Below, piece after piece: positions 9,435 through 18,314 of a DNA stretch of 64,000 nucleotides. Origin of the DNA: Actinomycetota bacterium. GTDB lineage: Bacteria; Actinomycetota; Thermoleophilia; Gaiellales; Gaiellaceae. Within the stretch, counting starts at the first letter, position 1. Each line of letters opens with the position of its first letter. The notes under the pieces were generated by a model, which was not told the origin of the DNA, did not search any database, and saw only the letters and a program-made list of their open reading frames with translations. The stretch lies in assembly GCA_046734795.1 (NCBI GenBank), contig JBKPRX010000011.1, forward strand, positions 536 to 64,535. The letters are read 5' to 3'. Made by a program: the position numbers and the translations under genes.

Positions 9435-10001
9435 GTGAGCGATCTCCACGCGGTCCCCGGCGATTTTCGCACCGCGCTCGAGACGGTGAGCGTCCCCTCA
9501 TACGCGATCGACGCGAGCGGCATCATCCGGTGGCTGAACCCGGCCGCAATCAAGCTCGTCGGGGACGCCCGAGGGCGGCAGCTGACGTCGGTCGTCGCAC
9601 CCGAGGAAGCACGTCGTGTGCGCGAGAGCTTCACGCGTAAGATCATCGGGACCGAGAAGGTCACCGACGCGGAGGTCGTGCTCCTCGAGTCAAGCGGTGA
9701 ACGTGTTCAGGTCGAGATCAGCTCGGTACCACTCGTCGAAGGTCACCGCATCGTGGGCGTCTTCGGCCAGATCGTCGGCGTCGAAACCGAGTCGCTGCCG
9801 CCGCCACCGCCGCACCTGACTCCGCGCCAGACAGAGGTGCTACGGCTACTGCAGCGCGGTGCTTCGACGAACCAGATCGCGCAGGAGCTGCACCTGAGCA
9901 CCGAGACAGTTCGGAATCACGTTCGGCATCTTCTTCGAGCACTCGGCGTCCACACGAGGCTCGAAGCGGTCGCGCTCATGCGTCATACAGTCCCAGGGTG
10001 A
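9435..10001 (+). CDS. PAS-domain LuxR-family transcriptional regulator
   Basis: GTG 9435 lies 10 nt after GAGGAG. The PAS-like N-terminus (YAIDASGIIRWLNPAA...EGHRIVGVFG) is joined to a LuxR HTH (LTPRQTEVLRLLQRGASTNQIAQELHLSTETVRNHVRHLL). Confidence 0.8.
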   Translation: MSDLHAVPGDFRTALETVSVPSYAIDASGIIRWLNPAAIKLVGDARGRQLTSVVAPEEARRVRESFTRKIIGTEKVTDAEVVLLESSGERVQVEISSVPLVEGHRIVGVFGQIVGVETESLPPPPPHLTPRQTEVLRLLQRGASTNQIAQELHLSTETVRNHVRHLLRALGVHTRLEAVALMRHTVPG

Positions 10002-10005
10002 TCGC

Positions 10006-10626
10006 GTGAGACCGTCAGACCTATCCGCGCAGCTCAAGACGATGGGAGGCGACCTCCACGGTTCGATGGAGGAGGTCACGGTGCCGATGTACATCCTCGA
10101 CCGCGACGGAACGATCGTCTGGCTGAACGAGGTCGGCAAGGCTCTCGTCCCGAACGGAATCGGCAAGAAGTTCACGGACGTCGTCGCGCCGGAGCTCGTC
10201 GACGACGCGCGGCATCACTTCGCGCTCAGGATGCACGGAAAGGAGGAGTTCGTCGATCACCGCCTCGTCCTCGACAGCGGCGGCAGCGCCGAACACGAGA
10301 TCGAGATCAGCTCCGCTCCGCTGCGCGAAGGACACCGCATCGTCGGCGTCTTCGGGGTCGTCCGCTCGACGAAAGTACGCAGGGCGCGGGGTGACGGAAA
10401 GGACACTCCGAAGCTCACGCCTCGGCAAGAAGAAGTCCTCCATCTCCTCGGCGCTGGGCTGACGACGCGACAGATGGCCGAGCACATGGGTGTCTCCATC
10501 GAGACGGTGCGAAACCACGTGCGGATGCTCCTCTCGCAACTCGGCGCGCGTTCACGCCTCCAGGCAGTGCTCATCGGTCACGAGCTCGGCTTGCTCGCTC
10601 CGAACGACGACGACGACAGCGTTTGA
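10006..10626 (+). CDS. PAS-domain LuxR-family transcriptional regulator (tandem paralog)
   Basis: Same architecture as the preceding gene: YILDRDGTIVWLNEVG...EGHRIVGVFG, then LTPRQEEVLHLLGAGLTTRQMAEHMGVSIETVRNHVRMLL. Confidence 0.85.
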   Translation: MRPSDLSAQLKTMGGDLHGSMEEVTVPMYILDRDGTIVWLNEVGKALVPNGIGKKFTDVVAPELVDDARHHFALRMHGKEEFVDHRLVLDSGGSAEHEIEISSAPLREGHRIVGVFGVVRSTKVRRARGDGKDTPKLTPRQEEVLHLLGAGLTTRQMAEHMGVSIETVRNHVRMLLSQLGARSRLQAVLIGHELGLLAPNDDDDSV

Positions 10627-10636
10627 CCTAGTTGCG

Positions 10637-11683
10637 TCAAGACAAGCGCGTCGCCTCTGATGGAGGATGAGGCTGCGAAGCCCGGCGTTCCTGGGCCTCA
10701 ACGGTCGGTGGGCCTCTCCGCTCGGCGCGGCCCTGCGCTGCGCCGAGCCCCGCCGCCGTGGCGCGTGAATAGACGACGACGGTGCGCGCGACGAAGTCCT
10801 GCAGGCCGCGCCGACGATCGTCGAAGAGCATCGGCAGCAAGCCGAGGAAGCACGGAATGATCGCGATCGCCAACGCAAAGAGGCGCACGAGCGAGCGGAA
10901 CGCGCCCGGCGGCGCGCCGGAAGCGTCGACCATGCGGACACCGAGCAAGCGCATTCCGAGCGTCTGTCCGGTCGACGACCAGAACCCGACGAAGTACGAC
11001 GCGGTCAAGAGGAGCCACGCGATGCCGGCGAAAAGGTCGACGAGCCAGACCGGTCGTAGGTGGCCGACGAGCGACGTGATCAACGCGGCGAACGCGGCGC
11101 CGAGCAAGAACGTGATCGCAACGACGGCCAGGTCGAGCGTGAACGCGGCTGCGCGCGTTGCGAATCCGGCGTAGGAAGCGCCGCCGGCCCGCGCTTCCGT
11201 TCGAGCCTCGCGCGGCGCAGGCCGACCGAACCATCGCTGCGGCATGCGCTCCACGGCCGCGTCCGCAAGTGCGCTTCGCCGCCGCACGCCGGCCACCGTC
11301 TCCTGCGCGAACGTCGCCGACGTTTGCGTCAGCGCGTCTCGCACCTGCGGGCTCGAGAGGACACGCGCGACGATCTGCTCGAGCTCGGGGCTTGCGAGCA
11401 CGCGCTCCGTCAGCTCGATCCGCAGCCGTTCGATGCGTTCGTCTTCGAGCGCCTGCGTCAATGCTCGCTCGACGTCGATTCGCGCGAGTGCTTCGTCGAC
11501 GATCCGCTCGATGACGCGGTGATCGCTGAGCGCGCGGCCGAGCGCGTCCGGCAGCGGCCCGGCGAGGACGCCGTCGACGGTTCGTGCCGCTGTCTCCGTC
11601 GCTGCGGCGCCGACTGCGAGCGTCTCGACGCGGCGCGAGACATCGAGGCCTTTCGCGCCGACGAGCGCGCGCCCCGGACGCAT
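10637..11683 (-). CDS. RDD family membrane protein with long N-terminal soluble extension
   Basis: The C-terminal half (YAGFATRAAAFTLDLAVVAITF...GQTLGMRLLGVRMVD...DRRRGLQDFVARTVVV) matches the RDD pattern. Confidence 0.85.
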   Translation of the reverse strand: MRPGRALVGAKGLDVSRRVETLAVGAAATETAARTVDGVLAGPLPDALGRALSDHRVIERIVDEALARIDVERALTQALEDERIERLRIELTERVLASPELEQIVARVLSSPQVRDALTQTSATFAQETVAGVRRRSALADAAVERMPQRWFGRPAPREARTEARAGGASYAGFATRAAAFTLDLAVVAITFLLGAAFAALITSLVGHLRPVWLVDLFAGIAWLLLTASYFVGFWSSTGQTLGMRLLGVRMVDASGAPPGAFRSLVRLFALAIAIIPCFLGLLPMLFDDRRRGLQDFVARTVVVYSRATAAGLGAAQGRAERRGPPTVEAQERRASQPHPPSEATRLS

Positions 11684-11715
11684 GACGGCGCGACCCGCTG
11701 CGCCGAAGAGTGGCG

Positions 11716-12117
11716 TTACGGCTCCTCTCGATAGTCAGACGTCGACGAGAGCGCGTAGATCACGAACACCGCAAGCAGCATGGCCGCGAACCCGAACCAC
11801 GGCGCGTACGTCAGCAGGAGGAAGCTCTGGACGAGCACCATGATCGCCCAGATGTAGCCGATGATCCGCCCGGCCGTGTTACCGCTGAGCAGCGAGTATC
11901 CGGCCCACAGCGCGAGTGCCGCGATCGCGAGATCCCAGATGCCCCAGAGGAACAGGTGGTCGCCAAAGAGACCGCGGGAAAGATCGTTGACCCTCGCGCT
12001 GTCCGCGAAGTAGCTGATCGCCGAGATCACGCGGAGGAAGCCGACGGCCAGCATCACGACGGCGGCGAAGGTGAGCCAACCCGGACGCCGCAAGGCGGAG
12101 AGACTCGTACTCGTCAT
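11716..12117 (-). CDS. DUF7144-like 4-TM membrane protein
   Basis: The motif GWLTFAAVVMLAVGFLRVISAISYF...LWGIWDLAIAALALWAGYSLLSG...GRIIGYIWAIMVLVQSF is shared with 16155..16601 and 30962..31369. Confidence 0.8.
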   Translation of the reverse strand: MTSTSLSALRRPGWLTFAAVVMLAVGFLRVISAISYFADSARVNDLSRGLFGDHLFLWGIWDLAIAALALWAGYSLLSGNTAGRIIGYIWAIMVLVQSFLLLTYAPWFGFAAMLLAVFVIYALSSTSDYREEP

Positions 12118-12229
12118 TTCGGTTCCTCCCGAATGAGTCGCGATTCGTGCGTGAGCCGGCTAGAGCCTCCTTGTGGGTTCCGAGCGCTTCATCATCCCGA
12201 GCGGGTGAACGACCCGGTGAGATCGCGGG

Positions 12230-12466
12230 TCAGACCGTGAGCGCGTCTGCTTGCGAGGAACGAGCGATCATGTAGATCAGCACGCCGAGGATCGGCAGGA
12301 AGAGCATCAGCAGTGTCCAGCCTGCCTTGGCGACACCCGAGTGGTCACGACGCTGGAAGTTGTCGATGATCGCCATCACGAAGACTGCGATCCAGCTCAG
12401 CAACGCGAAGAAGAGGAACATCGTCCACATGATGTCGAGGAACGGATAGTCGGCTGCGACGAGCAT
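12230..12466 (-). CDS. PLDc_N domain small membrane protein
   Basis: DYPFLDIMWTMFLFFALLSWIAVFVMAIIDNFQRRDHSGVAKAGWTLLMLFLPILGVLIYMI has the same signature as 6746 and 34138. Confidence 0.85.
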   Translation of the reverse strand: MLVAADYPFLDIMWTMFLFFALLSWIAVFVMAIIDNFQRRDHSGVAKAGWTLLMLFLPILGVLIYMIARSSQADALTV

Positions 12467-12580
12467 CTCTCGCCAACCTTTCTCTGGAGGAACCGGACGT
12501 ACGCTCCTCTGTTCGACCTCGCGCAGCGATCATCCTGCCGGGATGAACACGCCGGGAGAGGAGGCGGCGACGATTGAGAC

Positions 12581-12913
12581 GTGGTCTTGCTCCTCGCGAT
12601 TCTGCTCGCCGTCTTCCTGCCGATCTCCGAAGCGTGGAGCGTGGCGCTCATCGTCGCCGGTTGCGCTCTCGAGGTGGTCGAGGTAGCCGCGCTGCGGAAA
12701 TGGAGCAAGCGCCTCGACAAGAAAACGAAGCCGACGACCGGTGCGGAGTCGCTGATCGGCGAGTCGGCGAAGGTGGTCGAGGCCTGCCGGCCGACCGGGA
12801 TGGTGCAACTCCGCGGCGAGCTCTGGGAAGCACGGTGCGAGGAGGGCGCGGCCCTCGGCGAAACGGTACGCGTCGAGTCGCTCGACGGGTTGACGCTCGT
12901 CGTCGCCCGCTAG
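12581..12913 (+). CDS. NfeD-family protein (TM + OB-fold C-terminus)
   Basis: Two N-terminal helices precede GESAKVVEACRPTGMVQLRGELWEARCEEG...VRVESLDGLTLVV, which looks like an NfeD C-terminal OB fold. Confidence 0.75.
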   Translation: MVLLLAILLAVFLPISEAWSVALIVAGCALEVVEVAALRKWSKRLDKKTKPTTGAESLIGESAKVVEACRPTGMVQLRGELWEARCEEGAALGETVRVESLDGLTLVVAR

Positions 12914-12974
12914 CGACCACGTATCCCCCTATGGGGATGATGTCGAGCGCCCGGTTCAGGGCGATCTTCGCGGT

Positions 12975-14075
12975 CTGAGCACCGAAGCCGTATCCCCCGA
13001 ATCGGCGGCGCCTGCGGCGGAACCGAAGGTCCGGCTCAAGCGGATCCTGATCGGCGCGCTCGTCGTCGTCGTCATCGGCGCGGCGGCGAACCTCCTCGGC
13101 TGGAACATCAGAGGCTGGTTCTCCGAGGTCTGGGACACGATCACCGAGATCTCGGTCGGCTACCTGATCGCGGCCGTCGTCTTGAAGACGCTTCAGACGG
13201 TCGCCACCGGCTTTGCCTGGTACTCGATCCTCGCGTACGCCTACCCGGGCCAGCTCCGCCGCCGCGACATCATCGCCTGCTACGCGGCCTCGGTCGCGCT
13301 GAACAGCATCCTGCCGGCGAACATCGGCACCTTCGTGATGCTCTTGATGTTCACGTCGATCATCGCCGGGGCGACGTTCGCGGGGATCCTCGGCGGCTAC
13401 GCCGTCCAGAAGATCTTCTTCACGCTGATCGGCGCCTTCATCTGGCTGTATCTCTTCCTGAGCGTCGGCGGCTCGTTCGACATCAAGTTCGAGTTCGTGC
13501 ACACGCATCCGTGGGCGACGGCGGTGCTCTTGCTCGGGGGTGCATACATCGTCTTTCTGCTCGCGCGACGTGTGTGGCCGCGCATCCTCTCGTGGTGGGA
13601 GGACGCGAAGGAAGGCGGCGGCATTCTCTCGGAGCCCCGGAAGTACTTCGGTCGCGTGTTTCTGCCCTCGTTCATCGGCTGGGTCGCGAGCCTCGGGGTC
13701 ATCGCCGTTTTCCTGGCCGCCTACTCGATCCCGGTCACGTTCGACACGATCATGCGCATCTGCGGCGGCAACTCGATCGCGAACGTGACGTCGGTGACGC
13801 CGGGCGGCGCGGGTGTGACGCAAGCGTTCAACGTCGCCTCGCTCAAAGGTGTCGCGAGCTCGACGGATGCAACTGCGTACTCCGTCGCGCAACAGCTCGT
13901 CACGACGGCGTGGAACATCATCCTCGGGATCATCCTGCTCGTCTGGGCCTTCGGCTGGACCGGTGGGAAGGCGCTCGTCGGCGACTCGTATGCGGAGGCA
14001 AAGCAGAAGGCCGCCGAGCAGAAGGCTGCCCGCGAGGCGAGAAAACAGGCGAAGCGCGAAGCCGAGACCGTCTGA
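12975..14075 (+). CDS. UPF0104 / lysylphosphatidylglycerol-synthase-TM-region family membrane protein (start non-canonical, see findings)
   Basis: The track ORF starts at TTG 13182, but the same frame is open upstream. That upstream stretch encodes the family-typical basic stretch plus TM1 (KVRLKRILIGALVVVVIGAAANLLGW...EVWDTITEIS). CTG 12975 is the only plausible initiator. The body has the TPGGAGV motif. Confidence 0.8.
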   Translation: MSTEAVSPESAAPAAEPKVRLKRILIGALVVVVIGAAANLLGWNIRGWFSEVWDTITEISVGYLIAAVVLKTLQTVATGFAWYSILAYAYPGQLRRRDIIACYAASVALNSILPANIGTFVMLLMFTSIIAGATFAGILGGYAVQKIFFTLIGAFIWLYLFLSVGGSFDIKFEFVHTHPWATAVLLLGGAYIVFLLARRVWPRILSWWEDAKEGGGILSEPRKYFGRVFLPSFIGWVASLGVIAVFLAAYSIPVTFDTIMRICGGNSIANVTSVTPGGAGVTQAFNVASLKGVASSTDATAYSVAQQLVTTAWNIILGIILLVWAFGWTGGKALVGDSYAEAKQKAAEQKAAREARKQAKREAETV

Positions 14076-14096
14076 CTTGGGCGTCAGGCTCGTCGC

Positions 14097-14768
14097 GTGA
14101 GCTGGATCGATCTCGAGCTCGTGCTCACCTCGGTCGCGGCGATGCTGTCGCCGACGACGCTGACGTTCTCCGTCTTCACGCTCGTCCTCAGCAACCGTCC
14201 GTTTCGAAGCGGGTTCTTCTTCTACATCGGCGCGCTCGGCGCGACGCTCGCGATCGGCGTCCTCGCAGCGTTCGTTCTCGGCGATGTCGCTGCGTCCGAC
14301 CACCCCTCCACTCCGAAGACGTGGGTGGCGATCCTCGACGTCGTCGCCGGCGCGTGGCTTCTCGTCTGGGTCGTCGGACGCCTTCGGCGGCCGCGTGATC
14401 CAAGTCGTGAGGCGGCGATGAGCAATCAGATTGAGAAGGTCGTCAACTCGCCGGTGCTCGCGATCGTGGGAGCCGGCGCGATCTTGGCGAATCCAGGTGG
14501 GTTCATCCCGATCGCGCTCAAGGACATCTCCGAGCTCGACCCGAGTCGCGCCGGGTACATCGCGGCCTGGACGTTCTTCTCTGTCGTCTCGCTGCTGCCG
14601 CTTGCCGTGGCGCTCGTGCTCCTGCTCGTCGCGAGCGAGTGGACGAAGCGGCTACTCGAGTCGGTCCGCGTCTGGCTGAACGCCCACGTCCGCACGATCG
14701 CCGCCGTCATCCTGATCGCGCTCGCTGCGAGTCTCCTGCGGAACGGGATCGCTGGTCTTACGAGCTGA
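14097..14768 (+). CDS. GAP-family (Sap-like) membrane protein
   Basis: Six hydrophobic segments with a basic central loop (GRLRRPRDPSREAA). The family call is from memory. Confidence 0.7.
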   Translation: MSWIDLELVLTSVAAMLSPTTLTFSVFTLVLSNRPFRSGFFFYIGALGATLAIGVLAAFVLGDVAASDHPSTPKTWVAILDVVAGAWLLVWVVGRLRRPRDPSREAAMSNQIEKVVNSPVLAIVGAGAILANPGGFIPIALKDISELDPSRAGYIAAWTFFSVVSLLPLAVALVLLLVASEWTKRLLESVRVWLNAHVRTIAAVILIALAASLLRNGIAGLTS

Positions 14769-15485
14769 GAGCCGGGCGGCTCCGCGCATTCGCGAGACGA
14801 GCAGCGCGAGCACGGTGACGAGATAGAGCTGTCCGAGGAGGGCTTCCAGGACTGCGAGGGTACGTCCGGCCTCGCCCGCGGGCGTGTAGTCGCCGTACCC
14901 GAGCGTCGCCAGAGTGACGTAGCTGAAGTAGATGCGTGTGGACCGTGTCCCGTCGGTTCCTTGCACGAAGAAATCGCCGGAGCCGAGCAGCGCAAGTGCG
15001 TTGTAGAGAAAGAGGAAGAGGATCCCGAAGAGCAGGTAGATGCAGACCGCGCCCGTGACCGACTGCACGTTGACGTCGTCCTGGTCGATCACGCCGACAG
15101 CGACCGCGACGCCCGTTCCGAAAGCGAGACAGCCGGAGACGATTCCCGCTGCTCCGAGCAAGCCGGGCCGGTCCGAGAAAAGAAGCGAGACCGCCAGGAC
15201 CGTCGCCGCGGAGAGGAGCGCGATCAGGGGCAGCGAGTCCGTTCGTGCGATGCCCGAAGTCCAAACCGCGGCGAAGAGCATCGCGGACTGGAGCACGAGC
15301 AAGACGGCCGTCGTCCACGGGTCGTCGGGTGCCACGGACGCGAAGATGAACGTCGCGGCGATCAACGCCAAGACGGTTCGGTAGCTGTGCGTCGCATGAA
15401 GCCGCGCGACGCGCGACCGAAGGCCGGCGCGGCGGCCGAGCGGGGCCCCCGCCAAGGTGTCGTCGCTCAAGACGCTGCGCGCCAC
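14652..15485 (-). CDS. potassium channel family protein
   Basis: Has the selectivity filter TLATLGYGDYTP between two helices, with additional N-terminal TM helices. The last ~39 codons overlap the 3' end of the convergent gene 14097..14768. Confidence 0.85.
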   Translation of the reverse strand: MARSVLSDDTLAGAPLGRRAGLRSRVARLHATHSYRTVLALIAATFIFASVAPDDPWTTAVLLVLQSAMLFAAVWTSGIARTDSLPLIALLSAATVLAVSLLFSDRPGLLGAAGIVSGCLAFGTGVAVAVGVIDQDDVNVQSVTGAVCIYLLFGILFLFLYNALALLGSGDFFVQGTDGTRSTRIYFSYVTLATLGYGDYTPAGEAGRTLAVLEALLGQLYLVTVLALLVSRMRGAARLSARKTSDPVPQETRSERDQDDGGDRADVGVQPDADRLE

Positions 15486-15574
15486 GGGGGCGCCTCTCTA
15501 CGTCCTACGCGTTGCCGCGTCCTCCGAGACCGAGCACCTGGGCGATGCGTGCGTCGGCGTCCGCGGCGATGGGG

Positions 15575-15865
15575 TCATAGCCCCAGAAGCTTCTGCTTTT
15601 GCTGATTGAACTCCTCCTCAGTGAGGACTCCTTGATCCTTCAGCTGCGCGAGCTGCTTCAGCTGCTCGATCACCTCGGGAGACATTCCGCCTGCCGGGGC
15701 GGCGGCAGGTGCTGCCGCAGCAGCCTGCTGCTGGTACTCGAGCTCCTGGAGCCTCGCCTCCGTCATCTCGTCCTGCTCGCGCCCCTGCTGGACTTTCTTA
15801 CCTGCGTGGTAGGCGACGCCGCCAACCATGGCAGCGCGTACAAGAGGTCGTCGTCGTCTGAACAT
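15575..15865 (-). CDS. SHOCT domain-containing protein
   Basis: The C-terminus LKQLAQLKDQGVLTEEEFNQQKQKLLGL is a SHOCT motif. AAAGGAAG lies upstream of the ATG. Confidence 0.8.
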   Translation of the reverse strand: MFRRRRPLVRAAMVGGVAYHAGKKVQQGREQDEMTEARLQELEYQQQAAAAAPAAAPAGGMSPEVIEQLKQLAQLKDQGVLTEEEFNQQKQKLLGL

Positions 15866-16154
15866 TCGGCTTCCTTTCGTCGTTCGTCAGGCGTTCACGT
15901 CTGCGCCACGGCCGAGCCCGCCACGCTCGGCTCCTCTTCGTCGGTCTCGCGTCTCGTCGCGAGCCTCGCGACGACGTCTTCCACGAGCATCGTCCGGTTG
16001 GGGTGAACGAATCGGCCGCGCGCGGTGACCTGCCTGCGACGCTCAGCGCGGTCATCCCATCCGGGCGATGTAGCGCAAGGCCGTGTTCGATTGCGTCTCC
16101 ATGTGAAGCGGTCGCGCCCTGACCGTCGGTAGGAAGCGAAAGGAGCACCGAGCG

Positions 16155-16601
16155 ATGAGGGCAGCACACGACTACGACCTGCATGGGGCCTACTACGGCG
16201 CCATCCCCGACGACGTCGAGCCGACGGGTGTCGGTTGGGTGATCTTTGCGGCGGTGTTGCTCGGCATCGCAGGCATCTGGAACTTCGTCGACGGCATCCT
16301 CGCGATCTCGTCCTCGCACGTCTTCGGTCCCGACTCCACCTACGTCTTCAGCGACCTCAACACGTGGGGTTGGATCGTGATGATCCTCGGCATCCTGCAG
16401 GGCCTCGCTGCCCTCGCGCTTCTGACCGGCAACGAGTTCGCCCGGTGGTTCGGTATCGGCGTTGCCTCCCTGAACGCGATCGGGCAGCTGATGTTCGTGC
16501 CCGTCTATCCCGTCTGGGCGCTCGCGATGTTCGCGCTCGACGTCTTGATCATCTATGCCCTCGCCGTGTACGGCGGCCATCGCTTGCGTGCGGCGCTTTA
16601 G
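16155..16601 (+). CDS. DUF7144-like 4-TM membrane protein
   Basis: GVGWVIFAAVLLGIAGIWNFVDGILAI...DLNTWGWIVMILGILQGLAALALLTGNEFARWFGIGVASLNAIGQL is paralogous to 11716 and 30962. AAAGGAG lies before the ATG. Confidence 0.8.
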   Translation: MRAAHDYDLHGAYYGAIPDDVEPTGVGWVIFAAVLLGIAGIWNFVDGILAISSSHVFGPDSTYVFSDLNTWGWIVMILGILQGLAALALLTGNEFARWFGIGVASLNAIGQLMFVPVYPVWALAMFALDVLIIYALAVYGGHRLRAAL

Positions 16602-16678
16602 ACCCTCGACCGCCGAGGCTGCTGCTTCCATTTCGAACGGCATGGCCGGACGAGCGATCGAAACGAACCGAGGCTGAC

Positions 16679-17884
16679 GTGCGCATTCCGGGACTAGGAC
16701 GACACGACGAACCGGCGGCGCCGGCGAGCGCCGACGGCGACCTGCAGGTCGAGATCGCCGCGTCCGAGCTCAACGAGCTCTCGACGGTCTTCTCGCCGCC
16801 GAGCTGGCTGAACGACCTCGGGCGCAGCGCCTGGTTGATCGTCGGCGTGTTCGCGCTCCTGGCCGGACTCGCTTTGCTCCTCGGCACGACCTCGACGATC
16901 GTCGGTCCGGTGATCGTCGCAGCGATCGTCGCGACGGTCACCTCGCCCATCGTGCGCGCACTCGACCGGCACATGCCGCGCGCCGCGGCGGCGGCGATCG
17001 TCCTGCTCGGACTCGTCGCGATCGCCGTGCTCATCACGATCATCGTCGTCAGCGGCATCACCGGTCAGACCGACGAGCTGGCCCAGCAGGGCGGCAAGGC
17101 TGCCGACAAGGCGCAAAAGTGGCTGCAGGATGCCGGCGTCGACTCCTCCACCGCCGCGGGGGCAAAAGACTCCATCAAGAAGCAGGTGCCGAACGTTCTC
17201 TCGACGCTCACGACGGGAGTGATCGACGCGATCAGCGGCATCGCCTCGGTTCTGTTCGGCCTTTCACTCGCCGCGCTCAGCCTCTTCTTCCTGCTGAAGG
17301 ACGGCCCGCTGATGCGTGCATGGGTGGATCGCCATCTCGGCGTTCCGCCGACGGTTGCAAAGACGATCACCGGCGGAATCATCCGCTCGCTGCGCGGCTA
17401 CTTCCGAGGCGTGACGCTCGTCGCCGCCTTCAACGGCATCGTCGTCGGCCTCGGCGCCCTGTTGCTCGGGGTGCCTCTGGCCGGCTCGATCGCGGTGATC
17501 TCGTTCGTAACGGCGTACATCCCGTACATCGGTGCGTTCGCTGCCGGAGCTTTTGCCGTCGTGATCGCGCTGGGCGCGAAAGGACCGACGACGGCATTGA
17601 TCATGCTCGTCATCGTCCTGCTCGCGAACGGGCTTCTGCAGAACATCATGCAGCCCTTCGCGATGGGCGCGGCGCTCGACCTGAATCCGCTTGTCGTGCT
17701 CGTCGCGACTATCGGCGCCGGCTGCATCTTCGGGACGCTCGGCCTCATCCTCGCCGCGCCGCTTCTCTCTGCCGCAGTGCACATCACGCGCGACCTCGCA
17801 CGTGCACGCGCACTGGCGGCGATCGAGGCGACGTCGACCGGGGGCGAAGAGACGCTGCCGGTCGGCGAGCCGGCGCCGACGTAG
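16679..17884 (+). CDS. AI-2E family transporter (PerM/UPF0118)
   Basis: The real part of track ORF 16235..17884 starts at GTG 16679. It has eight TM segments and the family-typical FFLLKDG...IPYIG...LLQNIMQP pattern. Confidence 0.9.
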   Translation: MRIPGLGRHDEPAAPASADGDLQVEIAASELNELSTVFSPPSWLNDLGRSAWLIVGVFALLAGLALLLGTTSTIVGPVIVAAIVATVTSPIVRALDRHMPRAAAAAIVLLGLVAIAVLITIIVVSGITGQTDELAQQGGKAADKAQKWLQDAGVDSSTAAGAKDSIKKQVPNVLSTLTTGVIDAISGIASVLFGLSLAALSLFFLLKDGPLMRAWVDRHLGVPPTVAKTITGGIIRSLRGYFRGVTLVAAFNGIVVGLGALLLGVPLAGSIAVISFVTAYIPYIGAFAAGAFAVVIALGAKGPTTALIMLVIVLLANGLLQNIMQPFAMGAALDLNPLVVLVATIGAGCIFGTLGLILAAPLLSAAVHITRDLARARALAAIEATSTGGEETLPVGEPAPT

Positions 17885-17891
17885 CGCGGCG

Positions 17892-18314
17892 TCAGTCTTG
17901 ACTTGCCATGCCGCGCTCTTCGAGTGCGGCTGCGACGTCGAAGCCGAGCGCGAGCGCGAGCTTGGGCGCGGCCGCTGCCACGCTTGCGACGCCGATCGCG
18001 GGGAGCGCGGCCATGAGGCAACCGACGATCTCGTCGTCGGTTGCGCCGTATCGGCGCGCCGTGTCGATCGTCCACATGTAGCCCGGCGCAGTCGCGTCGC
18101 TTGCGATCAACGCACCGAGGCGGACGAGCGAATGGGTCTTGCGGTCGAGATGCGACTCCGCGATGTTCGAGCTTTCGCGAGAGAGCAGCGTCTGGTACAG
18201 CGCATCATCGGCGAGAGCGAGCTTCGTCAGCGTCGTTTCGTGATGTTCCACGGGTAGGCCTTCGATCTCACAGCGAAGCCGGCCCGCGGGCATCGTCCGC
18301 GTGGGGTGAAGCAC
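17892..18314 (-). CDS. carboxymuconolactone decarboxylase (AhpD-like) family protein
   Basis: LDRKTHSLVRLGALIASDA...YGATDDEIVGCLMAALPAIG matches the CMD pattern. It abuts the stop of the LAL gene, so the true start is probably ATG 18293. Confidence 0.8.
   Translation of the reverse strand: MLHPTRTMPAGRLRCEIEGLPVEHHETTLTKLALADDALYQTLLSRESSNIAESHLDRKTHSLVRLGALIASDATAPGYMWTIDTARRYGATDDEIVGCLMAALPAIGVASVAAAAPKLALALGFDVAAALEERGMASQD

Noticed and set aside
15895-16167. 90-aa minus-strand ORF in the 289-bp gap between the SHOCT gene and a DUF7144-like gene
   Set aside because: The last ~30 codons have coding-like GC3 (MLVEDVVARLATRRETDEEEPSVAGSAVAQT). The N-terminal part is Arg-rich junk that overlaps the neighbouring start, and no family is recognised. 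It could be a gene remnant, but I cannot support a call.
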